Assembly: GCA_031414955.1 (NCBI GenBank)
Contig: JANOQV010000030.1
Location: 16,296-80,295 of the forward strand
Length of the DNA: 64,000 nucleotides
Reading direction: 5' to 3'
From: Pedosphaera sp.
GTDB lineage: Bacteria; Verrucomicrobiota; Verrucomicrobiia; Limisphaerales; SIBH01
Shown here: piece by piece, positions 11,601 through 20,100 of the stretch
Numbering within the stretch: the first letter of the stretch is position 1
Layout of the letters: each line of letters begins with the position of its first letter
Made by a program: the position numbers and the translations under genes
The notes under the pieces: generated by a model
The model's input: the letters and a program-made list of their open reading frames with translations, nothing else
Database searches by the model: none
What the model was told of the DNA's origin: nothing

Positions 11601-14600
11601 GTCACGTTTGTGCCTGGCGAATCCTTCCGCACCATTAACATCACGATCCTCGACGACGTGATCGGCGAAGGGAACGAGAACTTCCACATCAGCTTGAGCG
11701 ATCCGGCCAGTCCGTCCCCGGCGTCCCTGCCCGGGGCCACGCTGCTTGGGGTCAACCTCACCACCGAGGTGACGATTCTGGACAACGAAACTCCGGGCAA
11801 CGTCGATTACGAGTTTGTGGCCGGACCGAACGCGACGGTGAACTCCGTGGCCCTGGCCCCGGATCTCAAGGTGGCGATCGGCGGCGAGTTCACGCTCCTC
11901 GATGGGTTCTCCTTCAACCGCATCGCCCGGCTCCATGCCGACGGTGCGCGGGACGCAGGTTTCAATCCCGGCGCGGGCGCGAACAGCAACGTGCATGTGG
12001 TCGCCGTTCAGCCCGATGGCAAGGTTTTGGCCGGCGGCGAGTTCACCACCATGGATACCTCCAACCGGGTCCGACTCGCCCGGTTGAACGCCGACGGCAA
12101 CGTGGACTCTGGTTTCGTGGTGCCCACCAATGGCGTCAACGGCATCGTGCGCGCCATCGCGGTGCAGACCAACGGCCAGATCGTCATCGCCGGAGATTTC
12201 ACCCAGGTCAGCGGCGTGGCGCGCAGCCACATCGCCAGGCTCAACGCCAACGGGACGCTGGACGGCTCGTTCAGTCCTTCACTGAGTGGGAACGGACTCG
12301 CGCTGGCGATTCAGGCCGATGGAAAAATTGTCGTGGGCGGAGCGTTCAGCGCCGTGAACGGCCTGCCCCAGAACAACCTCGCGCGACTGAACGCCGGGGG
12401 CAGTCTGGATGGCGCGTTCCTCATCGGGAGCGGTTGCAACGGGGCCGTGAACGGGCTCGCTGTCCAGGCCAACGGGCGGATTGTCGTGGCCGGTGCGTTC
12501 ACCCTCGTGAACGGCGTGAACCGTGAATATCTCGTGCGGTTGGAGACGGGCGGAAATCTCGACGGGACGTTCCTCACCGGTGGCGGGCCGAACTCGGCGG
12601 TCAGCGCCGTGGCCGTGCATGGCAGCGGCAAAATTTTGATTGCGGGGGATTTCATCAGCTACGACGGCCGTCCGGCCAATCGTTTCGCGCGGCTCAAATC
12701 CAACGGCTCGTTTGATCCGGTCTTTGTCACTGGCACGGGCGCGAACGCCTTGGTGCGCTCCGTGGTGGTGCAGCCGGATTCGGCCGTGATCATTGGCGGT
12801 GAATTCACCGAAGTGAACGGGATCGCGCGCTCTTATGTGGCGCGCATCCACGGCGACGAACGCTCCAGCATTCCCACCGTGGATTTCGGCGCGGCCAACT
12901 TCACCGTGGACGAGACGGCGGTCAGCGCCGTCATTCCGGTGGTGCGCAGTGGTTCGACCAACCAGGCGTTTGTCATTCAGTACTGGTCCACCAATGGCAC
13001 GGCCACGGCGGGACAGGATTACACCGGGGTGACGAACACGCTGGTCTTCGCCGCCGGGCAATTGACCAACAGCTTTGCCATTCTGATTCAGGATGATCTG
13101 CTGATCGAAGGCGACGAGACGGTGAACCTTTCGCTGACCAACGTGACGCCCAACGTGGATGTCAGCGGCCAGTCCACGGCCGTGCTGACGATTCTGGACA
13201 ACGAGCGGTTCGTCCAGTTCAGCGCGACCAACTACGTGATCCGGGAAGACTCGAACACGGTTGCCATCACCCTCACGCGCACCGGCGGGTTGTCGGGCGT
13301 GATCACGGTGCTGCTGACCACGAGCAACGGCACGGCGCTGGCCGGCAGCGATTATTTCTCTTTCTCGAACACTGTGACCTTCGCCGCCGGGCAGATCACG
13401 GCCACGGCCTCCATCGCGCTGGTCAACGATCTGGTGGGGGAGGCGGCGGAGAGATTCCATCTGAGCCTCTCCACGCCCACGGGCGGTCTGCTGGGAACTC
13501 CGGCGTCGGCCACCGTGACCATTCTTGATGACGACATCAACTTCGGCACCTTCAATTACACGAACCCCAATGCCATCGTCATCCTGGATGCCGCCCCGGC
13601 CGCGCCCTATCCCTCTTCCATCTCGGTCTCGAATCTCACCGGCGTGGTGAGCCGGGTGGTGGTGTCGCTGGTCGGGTTCACCCACACTTTCCCCTCGGAT
13701 GTGGACGTGCTGCTGGTCGGGCCGCAAGGGCAGAAGACTTTGCTTATGTCCGACTCGGGCGGGAGCGGCGATGTTTTCGGCCTCAATCTGCGTTTCGAGG
13801 ACTCGGCGGCCAGCTTGCTCTCCGATACCGCGCTGCTCGTCGCCAGCACCAACCATCCGACCGATTACGCGCCGGTGGATGGCTTCGCGGCTCCGGCTCC
13901 GGCCGGCCCGTATGCGACGGAACTGGCTGTCTTCAACGGCACGGTCGGCAACGGAACCTGGTCGCTCTATGTCGTGGATGATCGTGGCAACGACTCGGGC
14001 GTGATCAGCAATGGCTGGCGCATGACCATCACCACGGTGGACGCGGCCTCGGCCAGCGATCTGGGTTTAACCATGACCGACGCGCCCGATCCCGTCGCTG
14101 CCGGGGACACCTTGATTTACGCGCTGTTCGTGACCAATCGCGGACCGCTCGGTGTGACCGGGGTGCAGTTGACCAATTACCTTTCGCCCAACGTGGAGTT
14201 CATCAGCGCCGTGGCCTTGCAGGGCACTTGCACCAACCTCAATGGCGTCGTGGCTTGTGGTCTTCTCGACCTGCCGGCGGGGGGCAGTGATTACGTTTGG
14301 ATCAGCGTGCGGCCGCTGGTGCAGGGAACGGTGACGAATCGCGCCGTGGTCAGCGCCAACGAGCCGGATGTCATCACCACCAACAACAGCGCCACGGTGA
14401 TCACGACGGTGACGCCGGGCACGACGGCGGATTTGCGCGTGACCCTGACCGATGCGCCGGACCCGGTGTTCGCCGGCCAGAATGTCACGTATCATTTCAC
14501 CGTCACGAATCGCGGGCCGATCACAGCCACCGGGTTGCTCATCACGAACCGTTTTCCGGAGAACGGCAGCCTGGTTTCCGCCAGCTCGACCGCCGGATCG

Positions 14601-17096
14601 ATCATTAACTCGGGCACGGAGCTGATCATCAATGTTGGCACGCTGCTGAACGGCGCGGGTCTGATGGGCGATGTGGTGGTGTTGAGCCGCTTTGGCGGCA
14701 CGATGACCAATACCATTGCGGCGCGCGCCGCCCAGCCGGACTTCTCGCCGGCCAACACGGCGACGGAGATTACCGAGGTGATTCCAGCCGCCGATCTGGC
14801 CGTGTTCATGAGCGACTCGCGCGATCCGGTCGGGCCGGGCGCGAACGTGATTTACACCGTCACGGTGGTGAACAACGGACCGAACCACGCGCACAACGTG
14901 ACCTTGTTCGATACGCTGCCGATCCCGTTCAACGTCGTCTCGTTCACGAATTCGCAGGGCACTAGTTACGATGCCGCCGGGGTGCTGGTCTTCGAGTTTG
15001 GCACCGTGAGCAACGGGGCCAGTGCCAGCGCCACCATCATCGTCCAGACCATCGCCACGGGCATTTACACCAACCTCGCCACGGCGGTGGCGCAGGAGGG
15101 CGATATTTCCCCGGCCAACAACACGGCGGTGGAATCGACCACGGTGCAGGGCGGTGGTGGCACGGTGACGGCCTCCGGCATCATCGACAATGGCACCATC
15201 CAGCTCGGGGTGAATCCGGCGGCCGACTTGAACGTGCGCAACGGGCCGCCTTCCTTGGGCGGGACCACTTCGGTGGGTCTGCGCTATCTGCCGACCGGGG
15301 CGGAGAGCACGGCGCCTGGTTGCTTGTGCGAGGGTTGGGGTGTGGCCAACGGCTTGAGCGGTGCGGCGGGCGGGGCCAACGAAGCCTCGGACGGTGGGGC
15401 CTTTGGTCTGGTGGTGGAAAGTTTCGTGGCCGACGGGGTGACGGCGCGCTCGGTAGTGCGGGTGCATGGTTCGAGTGTCTTTGGCGGGGTGGACACGGGT
15501 ACTCCGGCGACGTTCCGGGTGACGCACTACTATCATCCCTCGGCGGCGACGACCAACCTCTATCAGGTGGATGTGACGATTGAAAACATTTCGACCAACG
15601 TGGTGGAGGTGCTTTACCGCCGGGTCATGGACTGGGACATCGAGCCGACGCCTTTCAACGAGTATTCGACCATCATCAAGGGCGACTCGACGAATCTGGT
15701 CTTCACCAGCGATAATGGATTTGCCAGCGGGAATCCGCAGGTGGGGCCGAGCCAGATTTTAGCGGTGGGTACTTTCATCGACAGCGGCCCGGCGGATCAC
15801 GGCGCGCTGTTCGACTTTAACTTTGGCCAGTTGAATCCTGGCCAGAGCAAGTCGTTCGTCACTTACTACGGCGCCGCCGGGACGGAGCGTGATGCGGTGA
15901 CGGCGATTGCGCGGGTCGGCACGGAGGCTTACTCGTTCGGCCAGTCGAGCACGCCCGGGGGCAAGACCAATGGCACGCCCAACACCTTCATCTTTGGCTT
16001 TGGCGGTATCGGCGGGTCGGCGCTGGCCGGCTCGGATCTGGCGGTGGATGTGAGCACGCCGAGCGCGCTGGTCTCAGCGGGTTCCGTGTTCAACTATACG
16101 GTGGTGGTGACCAATCCCGGGCCGGACATCGCCACGGCGGTATTTCTTACCAACACTTTCCTCTCTCCAGCGGTGAATATCACTGCGGTCACGCCCAGCC
16201 AGGGCGTGCTCGCGCTCTCCAGCAACTCCCTGGTGCTCAACATTGGCGACATGCCGCCGCGCACCATCGTGACGCTCAACCTTTCTGTGATCGCCACCGC
16301 CGAGGGTTTCCTGACCAATCGCGCGGATGTGACCACGACGCAGATTGACTTCAACACCAGCAACAACACGGATGAAAACGTGGTGACGGTGGTTTCGCCG
16401 GGCACTTATGCCAATCCCAACCCGATCACCATTTATGACGCCGGTCCCGCGCTGCCTTATCCCTCGATCATCCGGGTCTCGAACGCGCCGCCGCGGGTGA
16501 CGGCGGTCACGGCCACTTTGCTCGATATCAACCATACTTATCCGGCTGATCTCGACGTGCTGCTGGTCGGGCCGCAAGGGCAGAAGGTGCTGCTGATGTC
16601 GGATGCGGGGGGCGGATATGATCTGAACGGGGTCACGCTCAAATTTGATGATGAGGCTGGTTTATTCTTGCCGGCGGCGGCGCAGATTGTGGCCGGGAGC
16701 TATAAGCCGAGCAATGTGGGCGGAGGAGATTTCTTCTTCAGCCCGGCGCCGCCTCCGCCGTATGCCGCGTTCATGTCCAGCTTCAATGGCACGGATCCGA
16801 ATGGTGACTGGTCGCTTTATATTCTGGACGATCAAGGTTCGGACGTGGGCCTGGTGGGCAGCGGATGGCGGATGAGTTTTGTGTTCAACGTGGCCCTGCG
16901 CATTGAGCGCCTCGGTTCCAGTGTCGTGCTTTCCTGGCCGTCCTCGGAGACGGGTTACACGTTGGAGAGCGCGCCGGCCCCGACGGGTCCTTGGGGCGTG
17001 GTGACGTCTGCTCCGCCGCTGGTCGGCGGGCGCTTCACGGTGATCGTGCCGGCGGGCGGGGCTAACCAGTTGTATTTCCGACTGCGGAAGCCGTAA
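5649..17096 (+). CDS. Giant exported multidomain zinc metalloprotease/adhesin (3815 aa): M11/M6-like metzincin, PKD, Calx-beta repeats, delta-60 propeller, two P-domains, DUF11 repeats, shared C-terminal domain
   Basis: N-terminal hydrophobic segment. HELGHNFNLPH at 6963-6995 followed by a Met-turn-like EYGNPRDVMG. PKD-like DADGDALAYNWDFGD. Many GTA..G.DY / I.DD...EG.E / TI.DDD Calx-beta motifs. AVQPDGKxxxGG.F repeats at ~11810-12860. HTFPSDVDVLLVGP P-domains. ADL.V...D..DPV DUF11 motifs. Confidence 0.85.
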   Translation: MKTFRWLAAGVFLALLIALVFWRTSGRDVVGSFSPIPSVSPALVSVAPALVAPADVSAPVASPVAPATVSGTNAPLVSFESWVRDFLVSDVSARPALAAQGAQLVSARQEEMAALIRTNPEEAIRRSLPYSVRKQLPPEIASQIEQPVSGRGSFRPLYYVPLPGRESEVPPTGYEVTMNGTDYETHAYGDRLHHPARDGAYLHGVSVKERAKTKPLLALSDEAHRLITDRGEARDLVSTGQLQADALCGVTKKPASSDQPVISQYGEHYYAFCEPAHAKQLNATLKRASAVSWALGGAGKVSGPNATNVQFEGFSRTQGRKKLLYIRVLFADDINPPQTDDQAQATVLANNRYFHEGSYGTVWWESTVTPLIRLPQRKNYYGENEGALLGDARNGAAALGYFPGDYFGPSYVLCTSMPQYLYGGISSGVLNGSPGAITHELGHNFNLPHANFWQPEGSLPGPVQPQNLSPWPIDPDALNGHNDINAPYIIGLGGAQPSQEYGNPRDVMGSGPGHFSAVAKRYMDWLPQDFVKTVTVSTTNRLYAFDTPRIDRGRLYAMQIRKDVTREYWLSYRQGFAANPWFSNGLEVEWNLGGENVDETFIMFGNELIDTTPDTSYGKEDAALIVGRTLSDPAASLHITPIARGGGPVSSDKWIDVVVMKGSFPGNQIPTMTLEASALTVAQGAIVDFTVIAQDADGDALAYNWDFGDWTFGTNGPVQSKTFNANGQYVVRCEVSDMKGGRASRQLVLTVGSPTTYTISGRVLDTEGNPVEGVRIHNNGVRPVNPPADPYAPYTNAPVDVGTYRYGYTDTDGFYVIGNVPDGTYVVRAFKYGYSTMPLDFTDPVNVNGNASGLNFTATKLARVSVAWTADATEPGDEYDPAEDGVFTITREGGEFSQDLPVVFTMSGRALYDFDYGLAGTDNLATNCVYETNGTVITTNCVVFTTPRGQLIIPAFQSSIDVHVIPTNNFLGDGAKSAVMTLILQTNFTRVTTVLTNFLVTNQPGNIVVTNSLFVQRTNQFRVPGWELRPFGPSGTPTWFQTDPTYVLDQAEATVNILDDDEPDPPTVSVFTLDFDAHEARGDSAMMAIVRQGAPLDQDLVVHYETPDVSAFYSPALNGEDVALLSGTITIPAGQSFALLPVVAINDLFVEGNEILFVNILESPEYFTGFADGMIVVDDDLPQVNIFTSVSTVARNGGSARVTLSRVGSVDEDLTVNYLVTGTAVSGVDFTTLSGSVVLPAGQLSVDVNINPIPTSTNPLPRTVTIVISDSTTYNIYQQNSATVTIIDQNLPTVTLARSGDTISENGGTSTFTVTRTGAITNNLNVFFDTGGSAWEGSDYASVGTNIIIPAGSITAGIVITAINDSAREFGDTWGDDTVIVRLRANTNYTLGGTVSQTIRIVDDEGDTALPSVGFMLQRSSVFENAGQARIFVKVTANPATNRPIEIEYRVTAGSATPNVNYVNSFPDRRDPTGQSVTGILNITHYFPPNPPPRFYDLENGIYTIPVTVLDDLVASGDKTVTITLFNPTGYQTNRSLVTNGGIIYTNFLITHLPTNAFLGPASSHTLTIQDLKTSTVTLAATAERTYEAGPVPGQFIFTRDGATNVPLTVYFALEGTAASGSDYVPVGTNITIPVGTNSVALTLMPIDDPTEEVAETMIIRLLPRSGYHSALGAGAGMIIVSDDGTIQFGAAEYNFSENAGFAVVPVVRTGGTNLAGTVDYLITGGTATNGVDYLGTNGTLSFLPGEDVKSIILPLVNESLVEPDETILLVLTNATGGVPLGGQRTTTVNIVNDDTAFDFAVAAFRANENAGLGTVIVTRTGVLTNTDTVWVTITNLIPPTVGIAGPLDFVPAAHLLTFNPGETNRPVSLTLLDDELFEGDENISLRLSQPSGSLQLGALSNAVLVIVDDECRLDFEVTGYSVKEYSNFVTLVVRRVGGTVNPVTALYTTGDGTATNGFDFAGVTNTVSFLGDQLVADTNGSGQVTFVPGESFRTINITILDDVIGEGNENFHISLSDPASPSPASLPGATLLGVNLTTEVTILDNETPGNVDYEFVAGPNATVNSVALAPDLKVAIGGEFTLLDGFSFNRIARLHADGARDAGFNPGAGANSNVHVVAVQPDGKVLAGGEFTTMDTSNRVRLARLNADGNVDSGFVVPTNGVNGIVRAIAVQTNGQIVIAGDFTQVSGVARSHIARLNANGTLDGSFSPSLSGNGLALAIQADGKIVVGGAFSAVNGLPQNNLARLNAGGSLDGAFLIGSGCNGAVNGLAVQANGRIVVAGAFTLVNGVNREYLVRLETGGNLDGTFLTGGGPNSAVSAVAVHGSGKILIAGDFISYDGRPANRFARLKSNGSFDPVFVTGTGANALVRSVVVQPDSAVIIGGEFTEVNGIARSYVARIHGDERSSIPTVDFGAANFTVDETAVSAVIPVVRSGSTNQAFVIQYWSTNGTATAGQDYTGVTNTLVFAAGQLTNSFAILIQDDLLIEGDETVNLSLTNVTPNVDVSGQSTAVLTILDNERFVQFSATNYVIREDSNTVAITLTRTGGLSGVITVLLTTSNGTALAGSDYFSFSNTVTFAAGQITATASIALVNDLVGEAAERFHLSLSTPTGGLLGTPASATVTILDDDINFGTFNYTNPNAIVILDAAPAAPYPSSISVSNLTGVVSRVVVSLVGFTHTFPSDVDVLLVGPQGQKTLLMSDSGGSGDVFGLNLRFEDSAASLLSDTALLVASTNHPTDYAPVDGFAAPAPAGPYATELAVFNGTVGNGTWSLYVVDDRGNDSGVISNGWRMTITTVDAASASDLGLTMTDAPDPVAAGDTLIYALFVTNRGPLGVTGVQLTNYLSPNVEFISAVALQGTCTNLNGVVACGLLDLPAGGSDYVWISVRPLVQGTVTNRAVVSANEPDVITTNNSATVITTVTPGTTADLRVTLTDAPDPVFAGQNVTYHFTVTNRGPITATGLLITNRFPENGSLVSASSTAGSIINSGTELIINVGTLLNGAGLMGDVVVLSRFGGTMTNTIAARAAQPDFSPANTATEITEVIPAADLAVFMSDSRDPVGPGANVIYTVTVVNNGPNHAHNVTLFDTLPIPFNVVSFTNSQGTSYDAAGVLVFEFGTVSNGASASATIIVQTIATGIYTNLATAVAQEGDISPANNTAVESTTVQGGGGTVTASGIIDNGTIQLGVNPAADLNVRNGPPSLGGTTSVGLRYLPTGAESTAPGCLCEGWGVANGLSGAAGGANEASDGGAFGLVVESFVADGVTARSVVRVHGSSVFGGVDTGTPATFRVTHYYHPSAATTNLYQVDVTIENISTNVVEVLYRRVMDWDIEPTPFNEYSTIIKGDSTNLVFTSDNGFASGNPQVGPSQILAVGTFIDSGPADHGALFDFNFGQLNPGQSKSFVTYYGAAGTERDAVTAIARVGTEAYSFGQSSTPGGKTNGTPNTFIFGFGGIGGSALAGSDLAVDVSTPSALVSAGSVFNYTVVVTNPGPDIATAVFLTNTFLSPAVNITAVTPSQGVLALSSNSLVLNIGDMPPRTIVTLNLSVIATAEGFLTNRADVTTTQIDFNTSNNTDENVVTVVSPGTYANPNPITIYDAGPALPYPSIIRVSNAPPRVTAVTATLLDINHTYPADLDVLLVGPQGQKVLLMSDAGGGYDLNGVTLKFDDEAGLFLPAAAQIVAGSYKPSNVGGGDFFFSPAPPPPYAAFMSSFNGTDPNGDWSLYILDDQGSDVGLVGSGWRMSFVFNVALRIERLGSSVVLSWPSSETGYTLESAPAPTGPWGVVTSAPPLVGGRFTVIVPAGGANQLYFRLRKP

Positions 17097-17196
17097 TCAA
17101 CTTGCGCCTAGAATTATCTGTGTGCGAGAACTTGCGCCCTCCGAACGAAGCGAACGGCGCGGAGCGGGAATTCCGGGCATTTTAGAGTTTTTGAGT

Positions 17197-20100
17197 ATGC
17201 GAACATTGCTATTTGCGGCTGCGGTGAAACGCGGTTTCGCCGGTTTTTTTGGACTTGTGATCCTGTGTCTGGCGGCCCCTGTCGCCACCGCGCAGACCAT
17301 TGAGTTCCTGCCCGGTGCGCCGAGCGTTTACGAGAACGGCCTGGGGGGCGGAACCAACGTCACCATCATCGTCACGCGCTCGCCGGCGATTGGGATTTCG
17401 ACGGTTGATTTCAGCACGGCGGACGGCTCGGCCACTTCGCCGGCTGATTACACCGGGGCGGCCTTTCAGCTCTCCTTCACCAATGGCGAATCCTTTAAGG
17501 TCATCTCGATCCTGGTGGTGGATGACCTCCTCCAGGAAGGGACGGAGACATTCTTCGTCCGGTTGGACAATGTGGTGGGTGGAACGCTTGGCGCGAGTAG
17601 CAACGTGACCGTGACTATTTTCGACAACGACAACTTCTTCCGCTTTATCCCCACCACCAACCAACTGGTGTTGGAAGATCAGACCAACGCAGTAATTCTG
17701 GTGGAGCGGGTCGGCGATCTAAACGGATCGGCCTCGGTGGACTTCTTTACCCGTGATGGGACGGCGGTGTCCGCGCCGCCGGCCTTGGCTGATTTCACCA
17801 GCCAGTCCGGCTCGCTGATTTTCACCAACGGACAGGGCACCAATGAGCTTTTGATCCCCATCACCGAAGACTGCCGCATTGAGCCGACGGAGTTTTTTCA
17901 GGTCGTGCTGACCAACGGCATCGGAGGCACGGTGGACCCGCTGGCCGACGTGATGACCGTGGGCATCGCGAACAACGATACGGCGGCCGGCACGGTTGAG
18001 TTCGGGGCGCTCAGCGTGGACGTCCTCCCGCTCGTCCTGGGCGACCCGGTCAACCCGCTCATCTATGAGCACCTCACTCGCGTCATCACCGTGCGAGTGG
18101 TGCGACGCCAGGCCTGCGACGTCAACAACGTCCCGGTCGCGTTCGGCGGCGCCGCCACGGTTGATGTCAATGATTTGAACAACGGCCTTTTTGATTGTCC
18201 GGGCACGGATCTAGCCCGTCGCGGAATCGACTACACCATTCCCGGCATGAACGGGAACGGAGTGCTCACCCTGAATTTGCCCAACGCCAACCCGGTCACC
18301 TTCACCATCCTTGTCACCGAGGATTTGTTCGTGGAATTGGACGAGGCCATCCGGCTTCAGCTTTCCATTCCGAATCAAACCCCGCTGCCGGCCTTGGGCG
18401 ATCGCCGGTCGCAGAACATCATCATCCGTTCCGACGAATTGCCCGCCGGCGGGGTCGTGCCGTACTACAATCCGTTGAGCATCCTCAACCCGACCCCGGG
18501 TGCGAACAACGCGGTCTATGCCGTGGCGGTGGTTCCCTTCACCGTGCCCCAGAGCGGCGGCATGAGCTATCTGGGCGGCGATTTCACGGGCGTGGACGGC
18601 GTGGTGCGCAACCGCATCGCGCGGGTGAACAGTTTCGGGTTGGTGGATACGGGTTTCGATCCGGGCAGCGGCGCGGACGGCTTCGTGGAAACCATCGCGG
18701 TGCAGACGGACGGGCGGGTGCTGATCGGCGGTGGTTTCACCTCCGTGAATAACGTGAGCCGCGCAGGCGTGGCCCGTTTGAACGAGGATGGTTCGCTCGA
18801 CGCCGGATTCCTTCCGGGCAACGGCGTGCAGGGCATTGTGCATTCCATCGTCCTGCAACCGGATGGCATGATCCTTTTGGGCGGCGAATTCGACGCCTAT
18901 AACGACCAGCCGGTGCGAAACGTGGCGCGCCTTTTCCCGAACGGCTTGCTCGACATCTCGTTTGATCCCGGGGTGGGACCGGACGGAGCCGTTTGGTCGC
19001 TCGCCCTGAGCCCGTTCGGGCCGGAGGTTTACGCCGGGGGCGATTTTACCACCTTTGCCAACCAGACCCGCAATCACATCGTGCGTTTGACCGGCACCGG
19101 CGGCGTGGACGCAGGCTTCGTCCCGCTCTTCGGCGCGGATGACGCGATCTACTCGATCACCGTGACCGCCAACGGCCAGCCGATGGTAGCCGGTGCCTTC
19201 ACCCAATTCGACGGCCAGGCGCGTGCTGGCGTGGCTCGTCTTACGGCCAATGGTTTGCTCGACCCGACCTTTGATCCGGGAACCGGCGTGGAGGGAACAG
19301 TCTATTCTCTCCAGCTCCAGGCCAACGGCCAGCCCATCATCGCGGGAGATTTTCTCAGTGTGAATGGCACGCCGCGCAAGTCCATTGCCCGTCTCAATCT
19401 GGACGGGACCGTGGACACCAGCTTCCTCGACGTTCACTACAATCAGACCCAGCCCGGAGTGGATGGGTTCATTAACGCCGTGGGCTTGGATTTCACCGGC
19501 AACCTGATGGTTGGTGGCACCTTTGCCACCGTGGGTGGCGGGCTGGATACCTTCGGCGGCATGGTGACCAACGCGGTCACGCCCAAGTTTAACTACGCGC
19601 AATTGATGGGCGGGGCCAATCCCGAGGCCTTCAACATGCCGGGCAACGTGCAGTTCGTTTCCGCGCAATACTCCATTGATGAGAATGTGCTGGGCGGTTT
19701 TCTGACCATCACCATGGTGCGAACCAATGGCCGTTACGGGCCGCTCACGGTCAACTGCCGCACCGAGGATGGCACCGCCGTGGCGGACGTGGATTATGTC
19801 GGTCAGTCCAACACCGTGACTTGGGCGGATTGCGAGTTTGGCATTCTAACCTTCACCATCCGCATTCTGGACAACGCGCTGATCGAGGGCAATCGCACCT
19901 TCAAGCTGGTGGTTTCCGACCCCATCAGTGTCGGCGGCGTCGCGCCGGCCTATCCCTCGCTCGCCGCGCGCTCGAAAGCCACCGTCACTATCATCGACAA
20001 TGATTTTCCGCGCGGTGTGCTCGGCTTCAGCCAGCCGGTCTTCACGGCGGGCGAGGCGGATGGGAATGCGCTGGTCACGGTCACGCGGACCAACGGGAGC

